Source of the DNA: Fidelibacterota bacterium | GTDB lineage: Bacteria > Fidelibacterota > Marinisomatia > Marinisomatales > TCS55 | Length of the DNA: 32,000 nt | NCBI GenBank assembly: GCA_004124385.1 | Contig: SCKN01000001.1 | Location: forward strand, 246,606 to 278,605 | Direction: 5' to 3' | In this document: positions 17,794 through 26,233 of the stretch, piece after piece | Numbering within the stretch: the stretch's first letter is position 1 | Layout: each line of letters starts with the position of its first letter | The notes under the pieces: generated by a model | What the model was told of the DNA's origin: nothing | The model's input: the letters and a program-made list of their open reading frames with translations, nothing else | Databases searched by the model: none | Made by a program: the position numbers and the translations under genes

Positions 17794-19039
17794 ATTGTAT
17801 GAATAGTTTTGGAAATAATGAGTCATGATTAGATGAATAAAAATGTACTTCAGTTTGCAGATTATTATTTATGTTGGCATAAAGCTTTAAACCAAGATTA
17901 TCAATGTTTTCGAAATATTGATTCTGTAAAAAACTCTTTATATTAAATACAACTTTACCATTCAAAACAGATCCACTGGAAAAAAGAGAACTGTGAACAG
18001 AGTAATCATCTTCCTCTAACGATTCGAAACTTGATAATTCAAATGTATCTTTAAGTGCAACTGCCCAAATACTAAATGAAGAAATATTCGTATCAGGTAC
18101 AATATGCAATGTTAACTGAACTTTGTCAAAAGTTGTTTGTTTGGGTAATTGAAGAGTGTCTAAAAAATCTAACTTTATTAAACTACGTAATCCTTTTCCA
18201 CGTCCGATTGTTATATATGATGTATCCTCTTGAGTTAACGCAGGCGGAACCATAATGCTTAAATCTTGAGTCGTTAGAAATGATTTGAATAATGTATCAA
18301 TTGAAATGGCTTGTGAAGTGTCAGCAGAATCAGGATAAATAAATTGACGGAAATGCACTTCTAATTTTGCTGTCAGATCATTGGAATAATCATATTCTCT
18401 GCTGTAGAATGCAAACAATTCTTCATTCGGATTGTTTAATTTTAACATTAATGTATAATTTAATGATGTATCAGCAAATGTAGAATCCAACAAATTTTCT
18501 GCCGGAAATCTTATTCTATAAATCGTAGTTACAGTATCCACTTCAACACTTTCTTCTACCGCATTTGAAACAAATTCACCCATATCAATTTCAGAGTCTG
18601 TAAAATTTAAATAATGAGACTTCGTTTCACTAAATATTGAATCAAGTTCAATGAGAGGAAAATAATACATTGAAAAAGATGCAGGTGTTTCCAATGTATC
18701 TTTAGAAATACCTACTGTAAAAAATGCACTATCAATCGTAATTGTAGAATCAAGAAATGAAGATAACGTCCACAAACTAGATTCATAAGAAATAAATGAC
18801 GTTTTAAACAACAGGGCTTTATATAAATAATCTTCGTCATTACCTAAATGAAGCTTTGTCTTACTTCCTATGGAAGGAGGAACTTGATAAGTGACACCTT
18901 CAATATCAAATAACTCTCTTACTTCTAACTCTAAACCATCTTGGCTTAAATCAGCGTGTAAAGGGTCTTCCATGCAACCAGTAATGAATGCACTAACTAG
19001 ACCAATCCAAAGGATTTTGAGTATAACGGATGATTTCAT
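17780..19039 (-). CDS. DUF4270-like lipoprotein, function unknown
   Basis: The track ORF begins at a TTG (19105) overlapping the upstream gene by 44 nt. The ATG at 19039 gives the lipoprotein signal MKSSVILKILWIGLVSAFITGC. Size and position directly downstream of a short GlgA-like gene match the Bacteroidota short-GlgA/DUF4270 synteny as I recall it. Confidence 0.55.
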   Translation of the reverse strand: MKSSVILKILWIGLVSAFITGCMEDPLHADLSQDGLELEVRELFDIEGVTYQVPPSIGSKTKLHLGNDEDYLYKALLFKTSFISYESSLWTLSSFLDSTITIDSAFFTVGISKDTLETPASFSMYYFPLIELDSIFSETKSHYLNFTDSEIDMGEFVSNAVEESVEVDTVTTIYRIRFPAENLLDSTFADTSLNYTLMLKLNNPNEELFAFYSREYDYSNDLTAKLEVHFRQFIYPDSADTSQAISIDTLFKSFLTTQDLSIMVPPALTQEDTSYITIGRGKGLRSLIKLDFLDTLQLPKQTTFDKVQLTLHIVPDTNISSFSIWAVALKDTFELSSFESLEEDDYSVHSSLFSSGSVLNGKVVFNIKSFLQNQYFENIDNLGLKLYANINNNLQTEVHFYSSNHDSLFPKLFIQYVAP

Positions 19040-19061
19040 AGAAGGGATTATATACGTAAGA

Positions 19062-19889
19062 TTAACCGATAAGTTTCTCAAGGACTTTATCAAGTTTGTT
19101 TGCAACAGGTTGATAATCCAACATATCTCCTTCAGGAACTTTAACAGTAACTAATTTTTTCTTATTGGCTTTTACAGCAGGAAGCTTAAGTAATTTTTCA
19201 GTAATATTATTAGATGGCGATTCTAAAGCAATAATCATATCAGCAGAATCAGCAGCAGCTTCATATGCATTCACAAATCCTTTTTTCATCGCAGATGGAA
19301 TTTTTAATCCTGATTTTTCAAAAGCAGTCTGTCCAAAACGTGTGTATTCATCATCCATATTATGTACTAAAAGAGCTGTTTTAATGTTTTCATAAAAGTC
19401 CTTGCTTGCATATTCTTCTTTATAAATAGCCGGCAGTAAAGAAGATTGCCATCCGTTACATAAGAAAATGTCCGGTTTCCAAAATAAATGCGGTAGTGTG
19501 GCTAAAGTAGCTTTACAAAAAACTGCAAATCGTTCATCATTGTTAGAAAGAATACGTCCGTTTTTTGATTTATAGACAAGATTTGTTTGAGGTTTAAACC
19601 ATTCATTATCTTCAACAAAATAAATTTGTACACGTGTTTTTGGAATAAATGCACTTTTCGCTGATAGTATTTTTTCCTCACCATCGAATTGAAAAGGTAT
19701 CTCCCTAAGTCTGATTACCTCTCTTAAAATGTATTTGCGTTCACTTACATATCCATACTTTGGAATAATGGTACGTATATCGTGGCCTTTATCTTGTAAA
19801 AGTAAAGGAACTCTAGTAGAAAAAGAAGCCAGACTTGATGTATTTGCGAATGGAATAATTTCCGTTGTCATGTAGAAAAGTTTACTCAT
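19062..19889 (-). CDS. Short glycogen/starch-synthase-like protein (N-terminal GT5 Rossmann half only; catalytic motif degenerate)
   Basis: 275 aa. MSKLFYMTTEIIPFANTSSLASF...IRTIIPKYGYVSERKY...REVIRLREI...VQIYFVEDNEWF...NDERFAVFCKA...PDIFLCNGWQSSLLP aligns with the N-terminal domain of GlgA-type synthases. KTGGL is replaced by NTSSL, and the whole C-terminal nucleotide-sugar-binding domain is missing. Confidence 0.7.
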   Translation of the reverse strand: MSKLFYMTTEIIPFANTSSLASFSTRVPLLLQDKGHDIRTIIPKYGYVSERKYILREVIRLREIPFQFDGEEKILSAKSAFIPKTRVQIYFVEDNEWFKPQTNLVYKSKNGRILSNNDERFAVFCKATLATLPHLFWKPDIFLCNGWQSSLLPAIYKEEYASKDFYENIKTALLVHNMDDEYTRFGQTAFEKSGLKIPSAMKKGFVNAYEAAADSADMIIALESPSNNITEKLLKLPAVKANKKKLVTVKVPEGDMLDYQPVANKLDKVLEKLIG

Positions 19890-19906
19890 AATTAATATTT
19901 TTTTCT

Positions 19907-20719
19907 TTATTTGATGGTTAATTGTTTAAGGACTTCTTTTGATCTATCATAAAATTCACTTCCTGGGAAATAGTCAACTAATCGTTGAAATTCTTCTCGA
20001 GATTTTTCCAAATTGCCCATGCTTTGATAGGCTAGGCCCAGCTTTAGTTGAGCATCATCATCTTTATCTGTTCCAGAAAATGTGAATACTTTTTCAAATT
20101 CTATAATAGCACGTTTATAATTTTTTTGAGAGTAATAACATTCCGCCAACCAATACTGACTATTATCAGCAAGGTTATTTTGTGGATCACTTACAACAAG
20201 TTTGGAAAACCCTTTAATGGACAACCCATACATTCCGTTTTGAAAATTACTCAAGCTTTCGATGTAGAGTCTTTTATATTCAGTAGGATTAATACTTGAG
20301 CTTGGCGAAGCTGGAGTTTGGTCATTTCGGACTTTATATAATTCCGTAAAGCTATTAGCCAGTGTAATTATTTTATTTTCTATCATGATTAATTGAGCTA
20401 AAACTTCAAAATTTGTACTATCAGAATACGCAGCCTTATCTTCCAATAATCTAATTTTATTTTGAATCATATTTATTCGGTTGATAATGAGTATTGAGAC
20501 TGAATCTGTTTGTTCTTTTGCAGCGACTGTTGCCTTTAGTGTTCTTTGCAATTCAGGCAGCAAAATGATTAGCTTTGTTTCCAATTCGTCAATACGATTA
20601 TTTTGTTGAATTATTTTATCGCTTAATCTTTTCAACTGCTTTGTATTTGATTGAGCAGATAGATTTCCAGCAAATAATGCAATAAAACAGAGGATGGCAA
20701 TTTTACGTGGTTGATTCAC
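19907..20719 (-). CDS. CpoB/YbgF-like periplasmic coiled-coil + TPR protein
   Basis: 270 aa. The GTG start (20719..20717) is the only start codon that keeps the signal peptide (KIAILCFIALFAGNLSAQS). A long coiled-coil N-half is followed by C-terminal TPRs (YWLAECYYSQKNYKRAIIEFEKV..., LKLGLAYQSMGNLEKSREEFQRLVDYFPGSEF), as in the tol-pal YbgF family. Confidence 0.55.
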   Translation of the reverse strand: MNQPRKIAILCFIALFAGNLSAQSNTKQLKRLSDKIIQQNNRIDELETKLIILLPELQRTLKATVAAKEQTDSVSILIINRINMIQNKIRLLEDKAAYSDSTNFEVLAQLIMIENKIITLANSFTELYKVRNDQTPASPSSSINPTEYKRLYIESLSNFQNGMYGLSIKGFSKLVVSDPQNNLADNSQYWLAECYYSQKNYKRAIIEFEKVFTFSGTDKDDDAQLKLGLAYQSMGNLEKSREEFQRLVDYFPGSEFYDRSKEVLKQLTIK

Positions 20720-20794
20720 TATTTATTTTCTTTTATTATGCAAAATGATAGGCGCGGAATTTACCGACGAATCTTTACATGTACATCGAACTAT

Positions 20795-22027
20795 TTAATA
20801 ATCTTTTGGATCAATACTTACATTCATAATAATCGCTGTCATAATATAACTAGACAGTAAAAACGACCCGCCATATGATACAAAAGGCAGTGGCAAACCT
20901 TTTACGGGAATCATTCCAACCGTCATAGCAAAATTCACAAATACATGAGCAGTAATTATAGTACTTAAACCAACTAAAACAAGACTGGAAAATCGATCGT
21001 CAATTATAAAAGCCAAACGTATTGTACGAAGAATAAAATATGAAAACAATATGAGTAAAATTATAATTGCAATAAAACCGAACTCTTCCCCAACGACAGA
21101 AATAATGAAGTCTGATTCTTGCACTGGTAAAAATTTTAAATGTGTCTGTGTCCCTTGCCCCCAACCTTTCCCAAACAATCCTCCAGCTCCAATAGCTGTT
21201 TTACTCTGAATGATTTGATATGCAGCACCTAGGGGATCTATTTCTGGATTAAATAAAGTTAAGATCCGCTTTTGTTGATACCCTTGAAGTAATCCCCATA
21301 AAACTGGAGATAGCAATCCTAAAAATATATTTCCAAAAAATGTGGATACGCTAAAAATTAAATTTGGTTTTGCTTTAAAAATGACAAACATCATTATAAA
21401 AGCCCAAATTGCAAAAGACAGCCAATGAAAAGCAGTTAGTATACTAATCAATGGTGCTACAATTAGAAAAAGATGAAAAGGTCTTGCCCCAATCCAATAA
21501 AGCATTGGCAATACCGGAATCATAATGATAATAGCCGATCCTAAATCAGGTTGATTCAAAATTATACCTGCAGGAATCAGGACAATGATAATAGGAAGTA
21601 AAGATGCTGTAAAGTGATTCATTTCCAAATTATGATCAGATAAATAACGGGCTAACGCTATTACCACAATCCACTTCGCAAATTCAGATGGTTGAAAACC
21701 AAAAGGTAAACCAATATCAATCCAACGATATGTTGAAGCAATTTGGTCGCCCAAAAAAGGAATTAATATCAAAATGATCATACATCCATAGACGCCATAG
21801 ATATAGCGATGAATTGTATGCCTTGGAATAAAAAACGCTACTAAAAATGCAAAAAATGCTGGGATTAAAAATAAGAGTTGTTTATAAAATGATTGCTGAA
21901 AATAATTACTTTCCAGACCAGAACTAATGCTTTTTAATATTATCAATCCAGCGCATGTAAGTAATAATGCAATTGTTAAGATGCTTATTGTTGATTCTTT
22001 AAATTTTAAAAAAAATAATTGAATCAT
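20795..22027 (-). CDS. rodA: SEDS-family peptidoglycan glycosyltransferase RodA
   Basis: 410 aa and polytopic. FtsW/RodA/SpoVE motifs are present (FQPSEFAKW, ESDFIISVVGEEFGF, GLPLPFVSYGGS). An ATGA overlap with the mrdA stop and its position after mreBCD-mrdA support the RodA call. Confidence 0.9.
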   Translation of the reverse strand: MIQLFFLKFKESTISILTIALLLTCAGLIILKSISSGLESNYFQQSFYKQLLFLIPAFFAFLVAFFIPRHTIHRYIYGVYGCMIILILIPFLGDQIASTYRWIDIGLPFGFQPSEFAKWIVVIALARYLSDHNLEMNHFTASLLPIIIVLIPAGIILNQPDLGSAIIIMIPVLPMLYWIGARPFHLFLIVAPLISILTAFHWLSFAIWAFIMMFVIFKAKPNLIFSVSTFFGNIFLGLLSPVLWGLLQGYQQKRILTLFNPEIDPLGAAYQIIQSKTAIGAGGLFGKGWGQGTQTHLKFLPVQESDFIISVVGEEFGFIAIIILLILFSYFILRTIRLAFIIDDRFSSLVLVGLSTIITAHVFVNFAMTVGMIPVKGLPLPFVSYGGSFLLSSYIMTAIIMNVSIDPKDY

Positions 22028-23799
22028 GATGTAAATGCTAATTTCATATTTTCTTTAGTTGAAAAAAGGAATTTAAAAACACGACCGGCAATAGGTGCAG
22101 CTGCTTCACCTCCATGCCCCCCATTCTCAATTAAAACAATCACAGATACTAATTCATTATTCTTTTCCCCGTACCCAACAAACCAGGCGTGTGGTTCGCC
22201 GTGTGGATTTTGTGCAGTACCGGTTTTTCCCGCTATAGTCAATCCGGTAATATTAGGATTGGCTCGCTTTCCTGTACCATGAACAGATGTAATAACATTT
22301 TGCATAAATTTTTCCATGCGGTTCCATGTTTTTTGTGAATAATAATTTATAGATTTTTCTTTGGTTATAGCGCCTTCTACTACATGAAGTCTTGGAGCTT
22401 TGCCCTTCATTGCAAGAATATTAATGTATTGAACCATTTGCAAGGGAGTAACCACAAGTTCGCCCTGACCCAATGAAAGATTTAATAAATGGCCTTTTGA
22501 CCAGCCCCACCTACCATATAGTTTATTCATATACGATGAATTCGGGACTATTCCTTTTGCTTCAGAAGACAAATCAATTCCTGTGAGTTCTCCAAAAGCA
22601 AATGTTTTACATGCTACTGCCCATTCATCTAATGTTAATCTCTGTACTATCGTATAAAAATATATATTACATGATTGGGCAACTGCTTGCTCTAAATTCA
22701 TACTGCCATGCCCTCCTTCCTTCCAGCAGCGAAATTGTCTATTCCCCAATTCATAAACGCCGTTACAGTTGATTAATTCTGAATAGTTAATTTTTCCCTT
22801 TTCCATCAAAGCCATTGCTGTAATCATCTTCAATGTTGAACCGGGAGGATATAATCCATGAGTCATTCTGTTTAATAGTGGTTTCCCTGTATTGCTTATA
22901 ATATTCTGCCATTCTTCAATGGTTGTAGTCCCTGTAAATAAGTCAGGTGAATAATCTGGTTTGCTCACCATTGCCAACATCGCACCTGTTTTAGGCGAAG
23001 AGACAAGAACTACACCTTGTTTACCTTCGAGTAATTCTTCTAACATCTTTTGTAAAGGAATTAATAAGGATGTTTGCAAATCGTTTCCCGGGACTGGAAT
23101 TACTTTTTGGTAATCTATTGAATGACCCATTTCACGTCCAAACGCGTCAACATCTACAAATAATACTCCTTTTTCGCCACGTAAATGCTTTTCATATTTT
23201 TTTTCCAACCCTCTCCATCCAATTAAATCACCATAAAGATAATTACCTTCTACATCTAAATTCTTTAATAAAGTTTGATCCACTTCTTTCACATAACCAA
23301 GTAAATGGGATGCGTTTATTTTACCTGAATAATAGCGTTCAGGAAATTGGCTGTAATTTATTCCAGTCAATTCCGATTTGTGTTCTTCTATTCGGCTTAA
23401 TTGATCAAATGTTAAATCTTTTGCAATTCTCGATGGTAAAAATCTACCGCGATAATATTTTTTATAATTACTCTCAAGTATAGTACTATCTATACCAGTG
23501 CATTGACTTATAATCTGGAAATTTTTACTCTTATTTACCATTTCACCGGGGATTACTGTTAATATATAGGTAGGATAATTATCCACAATAATTTCTCCAT
23601 TGCGGTCTAATATTAATCCCCTAGGGGCGTTCAATGGAATTGCACGGATGCGATTTACTTCAGCTTTTTGCTTATATTTTTCATAAAAATATACTTGCAA
23701 ATAAAAAAACCTTATTACCAATGAGAGCATGAGCATTATTACAACGCCGCTTACTACTAAAAGTCGTTTTTGAGGAATAAGGTTAGCTACTTTCAGCAT
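22024..23799 (-). CDS. mrdA: Penicillin-binding protein 2 (elongasome transpeptidase)
   Basis: 591 aa with an N-terminal TM anchor. The transpeptidase motifs are SxxK (STLK), SxN (SCN) and KTG (KTGTA). It sits between mreD and rodA. Confidence 0.9.
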   Translation of the reverse strand: MLKVANLIPQKRLLVVSGVVIMLMLSLVIRFFYLQVYFYEKYKQKAEVNRIRAIPLNAPRGLILDRNGEIIVDNYPTYILTVIPGEMVNKSKNFQIISQCTGIDSTILESNYKKYYRGRFLPSRIAKDLTFDQLSRIEEHKSELTGINYSQFPERYYSGKINASHLLGYVKEVDQTLLKNLDVEGNYLYGDLIGWRGLEKKYEKHLRGEKGVLFVDVDAFGREMGHSIDYQKVIPVPGNDLQTSLLIPLQKMLEELLEGKQGVVLVSSPKTGAMLAMVSKPDYSPDLFTGTTTIEEWQNIISNTGKPLLNRMTHGLYPPGSTLKMITAMALMEKGKINYSELINCNGVYELGNRQFRCWKEGGHGSMNLEQAVAQSCNIYFYTIVQRLTLDEWAVACKTFAFGELTGIDLSSEAKGIVPNSSYMNKLYGRWGWSKGHLLNLSLGQGELVVTPLQMVQYINILAMKGKAPRLHVVEGAITKEKSINYYSQKTWNRMEKFMQNVITSVHGTGKRANPNITGLTIAGKTGTAQNPHGEPHAWFVGYGEKNNELVSVIVLIENGGHGGEAAAPIAGRVFKFLFSTKENMKLAFTS

Positions 23800-24274
23800 G
23801 AGAATAAATTTTAAACGGAAAAATTAGTTGGAGCACAAGAATGAAACCCATTGTATATCCCATAGTCAATACCCACTTTATCGTGAATTGAATAAGATTA
23901 GTTTCATATAAATATTGATACCGAACAAAGCAGTATACTAAAAATTGAAATAAAATAATACTAACCCATGACAAATGAAAATAGAGAGGAATAAGACGAT
24001 TATATTGATTCTTTAGATAACCAGCTAAATATCCACTGAATGAGTATGTTAATGATGAAAGCCCAAAATATGAACTGACACCTGCTAAATCAGTTAGTAA
24101 TCCAAGCGTAAACCCTGCAATAACTCCATAAAATCGACCAAATTTTATAGCTGTATACAAAACAAAGATAGTCATGAAGTCCGGACGTATCATATTGATT
24201 GACATAAATTCTGACAAAAAGAATTGTAAGAAAAAAACGCCAAACATTGTTAAAAGAAAATTACTCCAAAGCAT
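23783..24274 (-). CDS. mreD: Rod shape-determining protein MreD
   Basis: 163 aa and a small polytopic membrane protein. It overlaps the mreC stop by 14 nt and the mrdA start by 17 nt, in the canonical mreC-mreD-mrdA position. Confidence 0.8.
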   Translation of the reverse strand: MLWSNFLLTMFGVFFLQFFLSEFMSINMIRPDFMTIFVLYTAIKFGRFYGVIAGFTLGLLTDLAGVSSYFGLSSLTYSFSGYLAGYLKNQYNRLIPLYFHLSWVSIILFQFLVYCFVRYQYLYETNLIQFTIKWVLTMGYTMGFILVLQLIFPFKIYSHAESS

Positions 24275-25061
24275 CTTTTTGTTCCGTTATTACAAAAACA
24301 TTAATTAAAGAACCAAGGTTCTCAGCTATGCGTACAGTAATAATTTTTTGAAAGCTACCTCTCTCCTCTCTTATTCCTGCCACAATACCAACAGGCAGAT
24401 TCTTTGGATAGATGTCACTGAATCCAGATGTTAGAACTCGATCACCAATTTTGATTTCTGAATTTTTCTGAACTTCACGAATTTCACACAAATCACCATA
24501 GACCCAGCGCAAAATCCCCCTTGCACCAGAAGGCAACACTTGAACACTCAAACGAAAATTTACATCACTTATTACCTGTACAATTGAACTATATTTTCCT
24601 ACTGCTACTGTTTTTCCGATAACACTATTTGGAGTCAATACCGATGAATAAAGCCCAACGCCTTGATTTGAACCAACATCGATGGTTATCGTATTCAAAT
24701 TTGACGTAAGACCTTTATTAATTACCTTTGCCGGTAATAGTGTTAATTGACTTTCACGTTTATATTTCAGAAGATTTTTTAACTGCTCATTCTCCGCAAC
24801 AAGATTAAGCATTGATTCAATCTGTAGTTTTAATTGAATATTTTTTTCACGAAGGACAGCTGCTTCGACTTCCACAACTGCCATAGAGCGTAACCTAGCC
24901 ACAGGTTTATATAAAAAAGAAAATATATCATTCGCCTTACCTTGAAGGATGACAATATCTTGAGTATTATTGGAAAGAATTAATGAGAATGATATGAGTA
25001 CTGCGAGAAAAAAGGCAACATGATCACGTTGCCGGATTAAGGCGAGGTAAATATTTCTCAT
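24261..25061 (-). CDS. mreC: Rod shape-determining protein MreC
   Basis: 266 aa. An N-terminal TM helix and a coiled-coil segment are followed by a beta-rich C-terminal domain with GDRVLTSGFSDIYPKNLPVGIV. It lies 6 nt downstream of mreB. Confidence 0.88.
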   Translation of the reverse strand: MRNIYLALIRQRDHVAFFLAVLISFSLILSNNTQDIVILQGKANDIFSFLYKPVARLRSMAVVEVEAAVLREKNIQLKLQIESMLNLVAENEQLKNLLKYKRESQLTLLPAKVINKGLTSNLNTITIDVGSNQGVGLYSSVLTPNSVIGKTVAVGKYSSIVQVISDVNFRLSVQVLPSGARGILRWVYGDLCEIREVQKNSEIKIGDRVLTSGFSDIYPKNLPVGIVAGIREERGSFQKIITVRIAENLGSLINVFVITEQKDALE

Positions 25062-25067
25062 TACATA

Positions 25068-26096
25068 TTAAATCAACACCGGCTCATATTTACGGATATT
25101 ATCCAACACCATTCCAGTTCCTTTTACTACTGATAATAAAGGATCTTCTGCGCAATTAACAGGGACATTCGTGCGCTCTCGGATTATTTGGTCAATACCT
25201 TTAAGCATACTTCCACCGCCGGTCATGATAATTCCTCTGTCTAAAATATCTGATGCCAATTCAGGCGGAGTACGCTCTAATGCTTTCTTAACAGCCTCGA
25301 CTATACTATTTACCGTTTCTTTTAAAGCTTGTCGAATTTCATCTGATGATATTTCTATTGTTTTTGGGATTCCACTAACTAAATCACGACCTTTTACTGA
25401 AATTGTTTCTGTTCGCATACGCATAGCTGAACCGACTGATATTTTTATAGCTTCACCCGTAGGAAGTCCAATGTCTAATTTATGTTCATTTCGAAACCAT
25501 TGAACAATTGCCTCATCCATCTCATCTCCGGCGATGCGAATTGTTTCTTTGGTCACTACTCCATTTAATGCGATTACAGCTATTTCTGTAGTACCACCAC
25601 CAATATCAACAATAATATTCCCGACCGGTTGGCTAATATCCAAACCTATACCAATGGCTGCTGCAACTGGTTCCTCAATTAAATAGACTTCCCTAGCGTT
25701 TGCTCTTTCCCCCGAATCTTTTACTGCACGACGTTCAACTTCCGTAACACCAGAGGGCACACATATAACCATTAATGGGCGAGCTAATCGATTAATATTA
25801 ATTTTTTTAATAAATCCTTGAAGCATTCCATCCGTCATATCAAAATCTGCTATAACACCATCCTGCAAAGGTCGAATAGTTTCAAGATCCCGGTGAGTTC
25901 GACCCATCATCGCTTTCGCTTCGTTGCCAACAGCAACAATTTTTCCATCATGTACAGAACGGGCAACTATTGAAGGTTCATTGATCATAACACCTTTACC
26001 TTTAACCCAAATTAATGTGTTGGCAGTGCCTAAATCAATGGCGATATCACCAGATATCCATGAAAATGAATTTGTGAGTGCGGAAAATATACCCAT
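25068..26096 (-). CDS. mreB: Rod shape-determining actin homologue MreB
   Basis: 342 aa with actin-fold ATPase motifs DLGTANTLIW, EEPVAAAIG, DIGGGTTEIAVI and GIIMTGGGSML. Confidence 0.97.
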   Translation of the reverse strand: MGIFSALTNSFSWISGDIAIDLGTANTLIWVKGKGVMINEPSIVARSVHDGKIVAVGNEAKAMMGRTHRDLETIRPLQDGVIADFDMTDGMLQGFIKKININRLARPLMVICVPSGVTEVERRAVKDSGERANAREVYLIEEPVAAAIGIGLDISQPVGNIIVDIGGGTTEIAVIALNGVVTKETIRIAGDEMDEAIVQWFRNEHKLDIGLPTGEAIKISVGSAMRMRTETISVKGRDLVSGIPKTIEISSDEIRQALKETVNSIVEAVKKALERTPPELASDILDRGIIMTGGGSMLKGIDQIIRERTNVPVNCAEDPLLSVVKGTGMVLDNIRKYEPVLI

Positions 26097-26233
26097 TTAA
26101 TTAACGCTCGGATTATTTATTGATTCTAAATAGAATAACAAATTTAAACCATATATCATCGATTTTCCTTAAATATTATTGATTTAAATAAGTTAAATTA
26201 CAAATAGAATCATTTGTTTTCATTTAAGAAAAA
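26097..26233 (-). promoter_or_regulatory. AT-rich intergenic region upstream of mreB; probable promoter/5' UTR of the mre-mrdA-rodA operon
   Basis: This 137-nt gap is the second largest in the window. Weak candidates on the minus strand are TTGTAA (26203..26198), a 17-nt spacer, then AATAAT (26180..26175), and a Bacteroidota-like TAAATTTG (26146..26139). Neither is convincing alone. Confidence 0.3.

Noticed and set aside
20720-20794. Search for a rho-independent terminator after rodA (and in the gaps 13899..13941, 27838..27898, 29180..29225)
   Set aside because: I found only 3-6 bp A/T-rich or imperfect stems (e.g. CGG-taaatt-CCG, GATTTT-n11-AAAATC, palindrome ATGTACAT), without a GC-rich stem followed by a U-tract. 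None is convincing.
23070-25503. Long antisense ORFs inside mrdA (23070..23483, 137 aa) and mreB (25171..25503, 110 aa)
   Set aside because: They lie entirely antisense to highly conserved genes, contain no recognisable motifs and have no independent start context. They are shadow ORFs. The same reasoning applies to the other + strand ORFs in the track (2266, 4787, 6974, 7235, 8047, 8911, 12165, 15833, 16594, 16797, 18891, 19165, 20048, 22019, 27216, 27269, 29088, 30328, 31333).
26139-26146. Bacteroidota-type -7 promoter motif TAnnTTTG (TAAATTTG on the minus strand) 43 nt upstream of mreB
   Set aside because: The expected -33 TTTG at ~19-21 nt upstream is absent; the nearest candidate is TTTA at 23 nt. 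The 8-mer is likely to occur by chance in this AT-rich spacer. It is mentioned only as a weak candidate within the intergenic-region feature.
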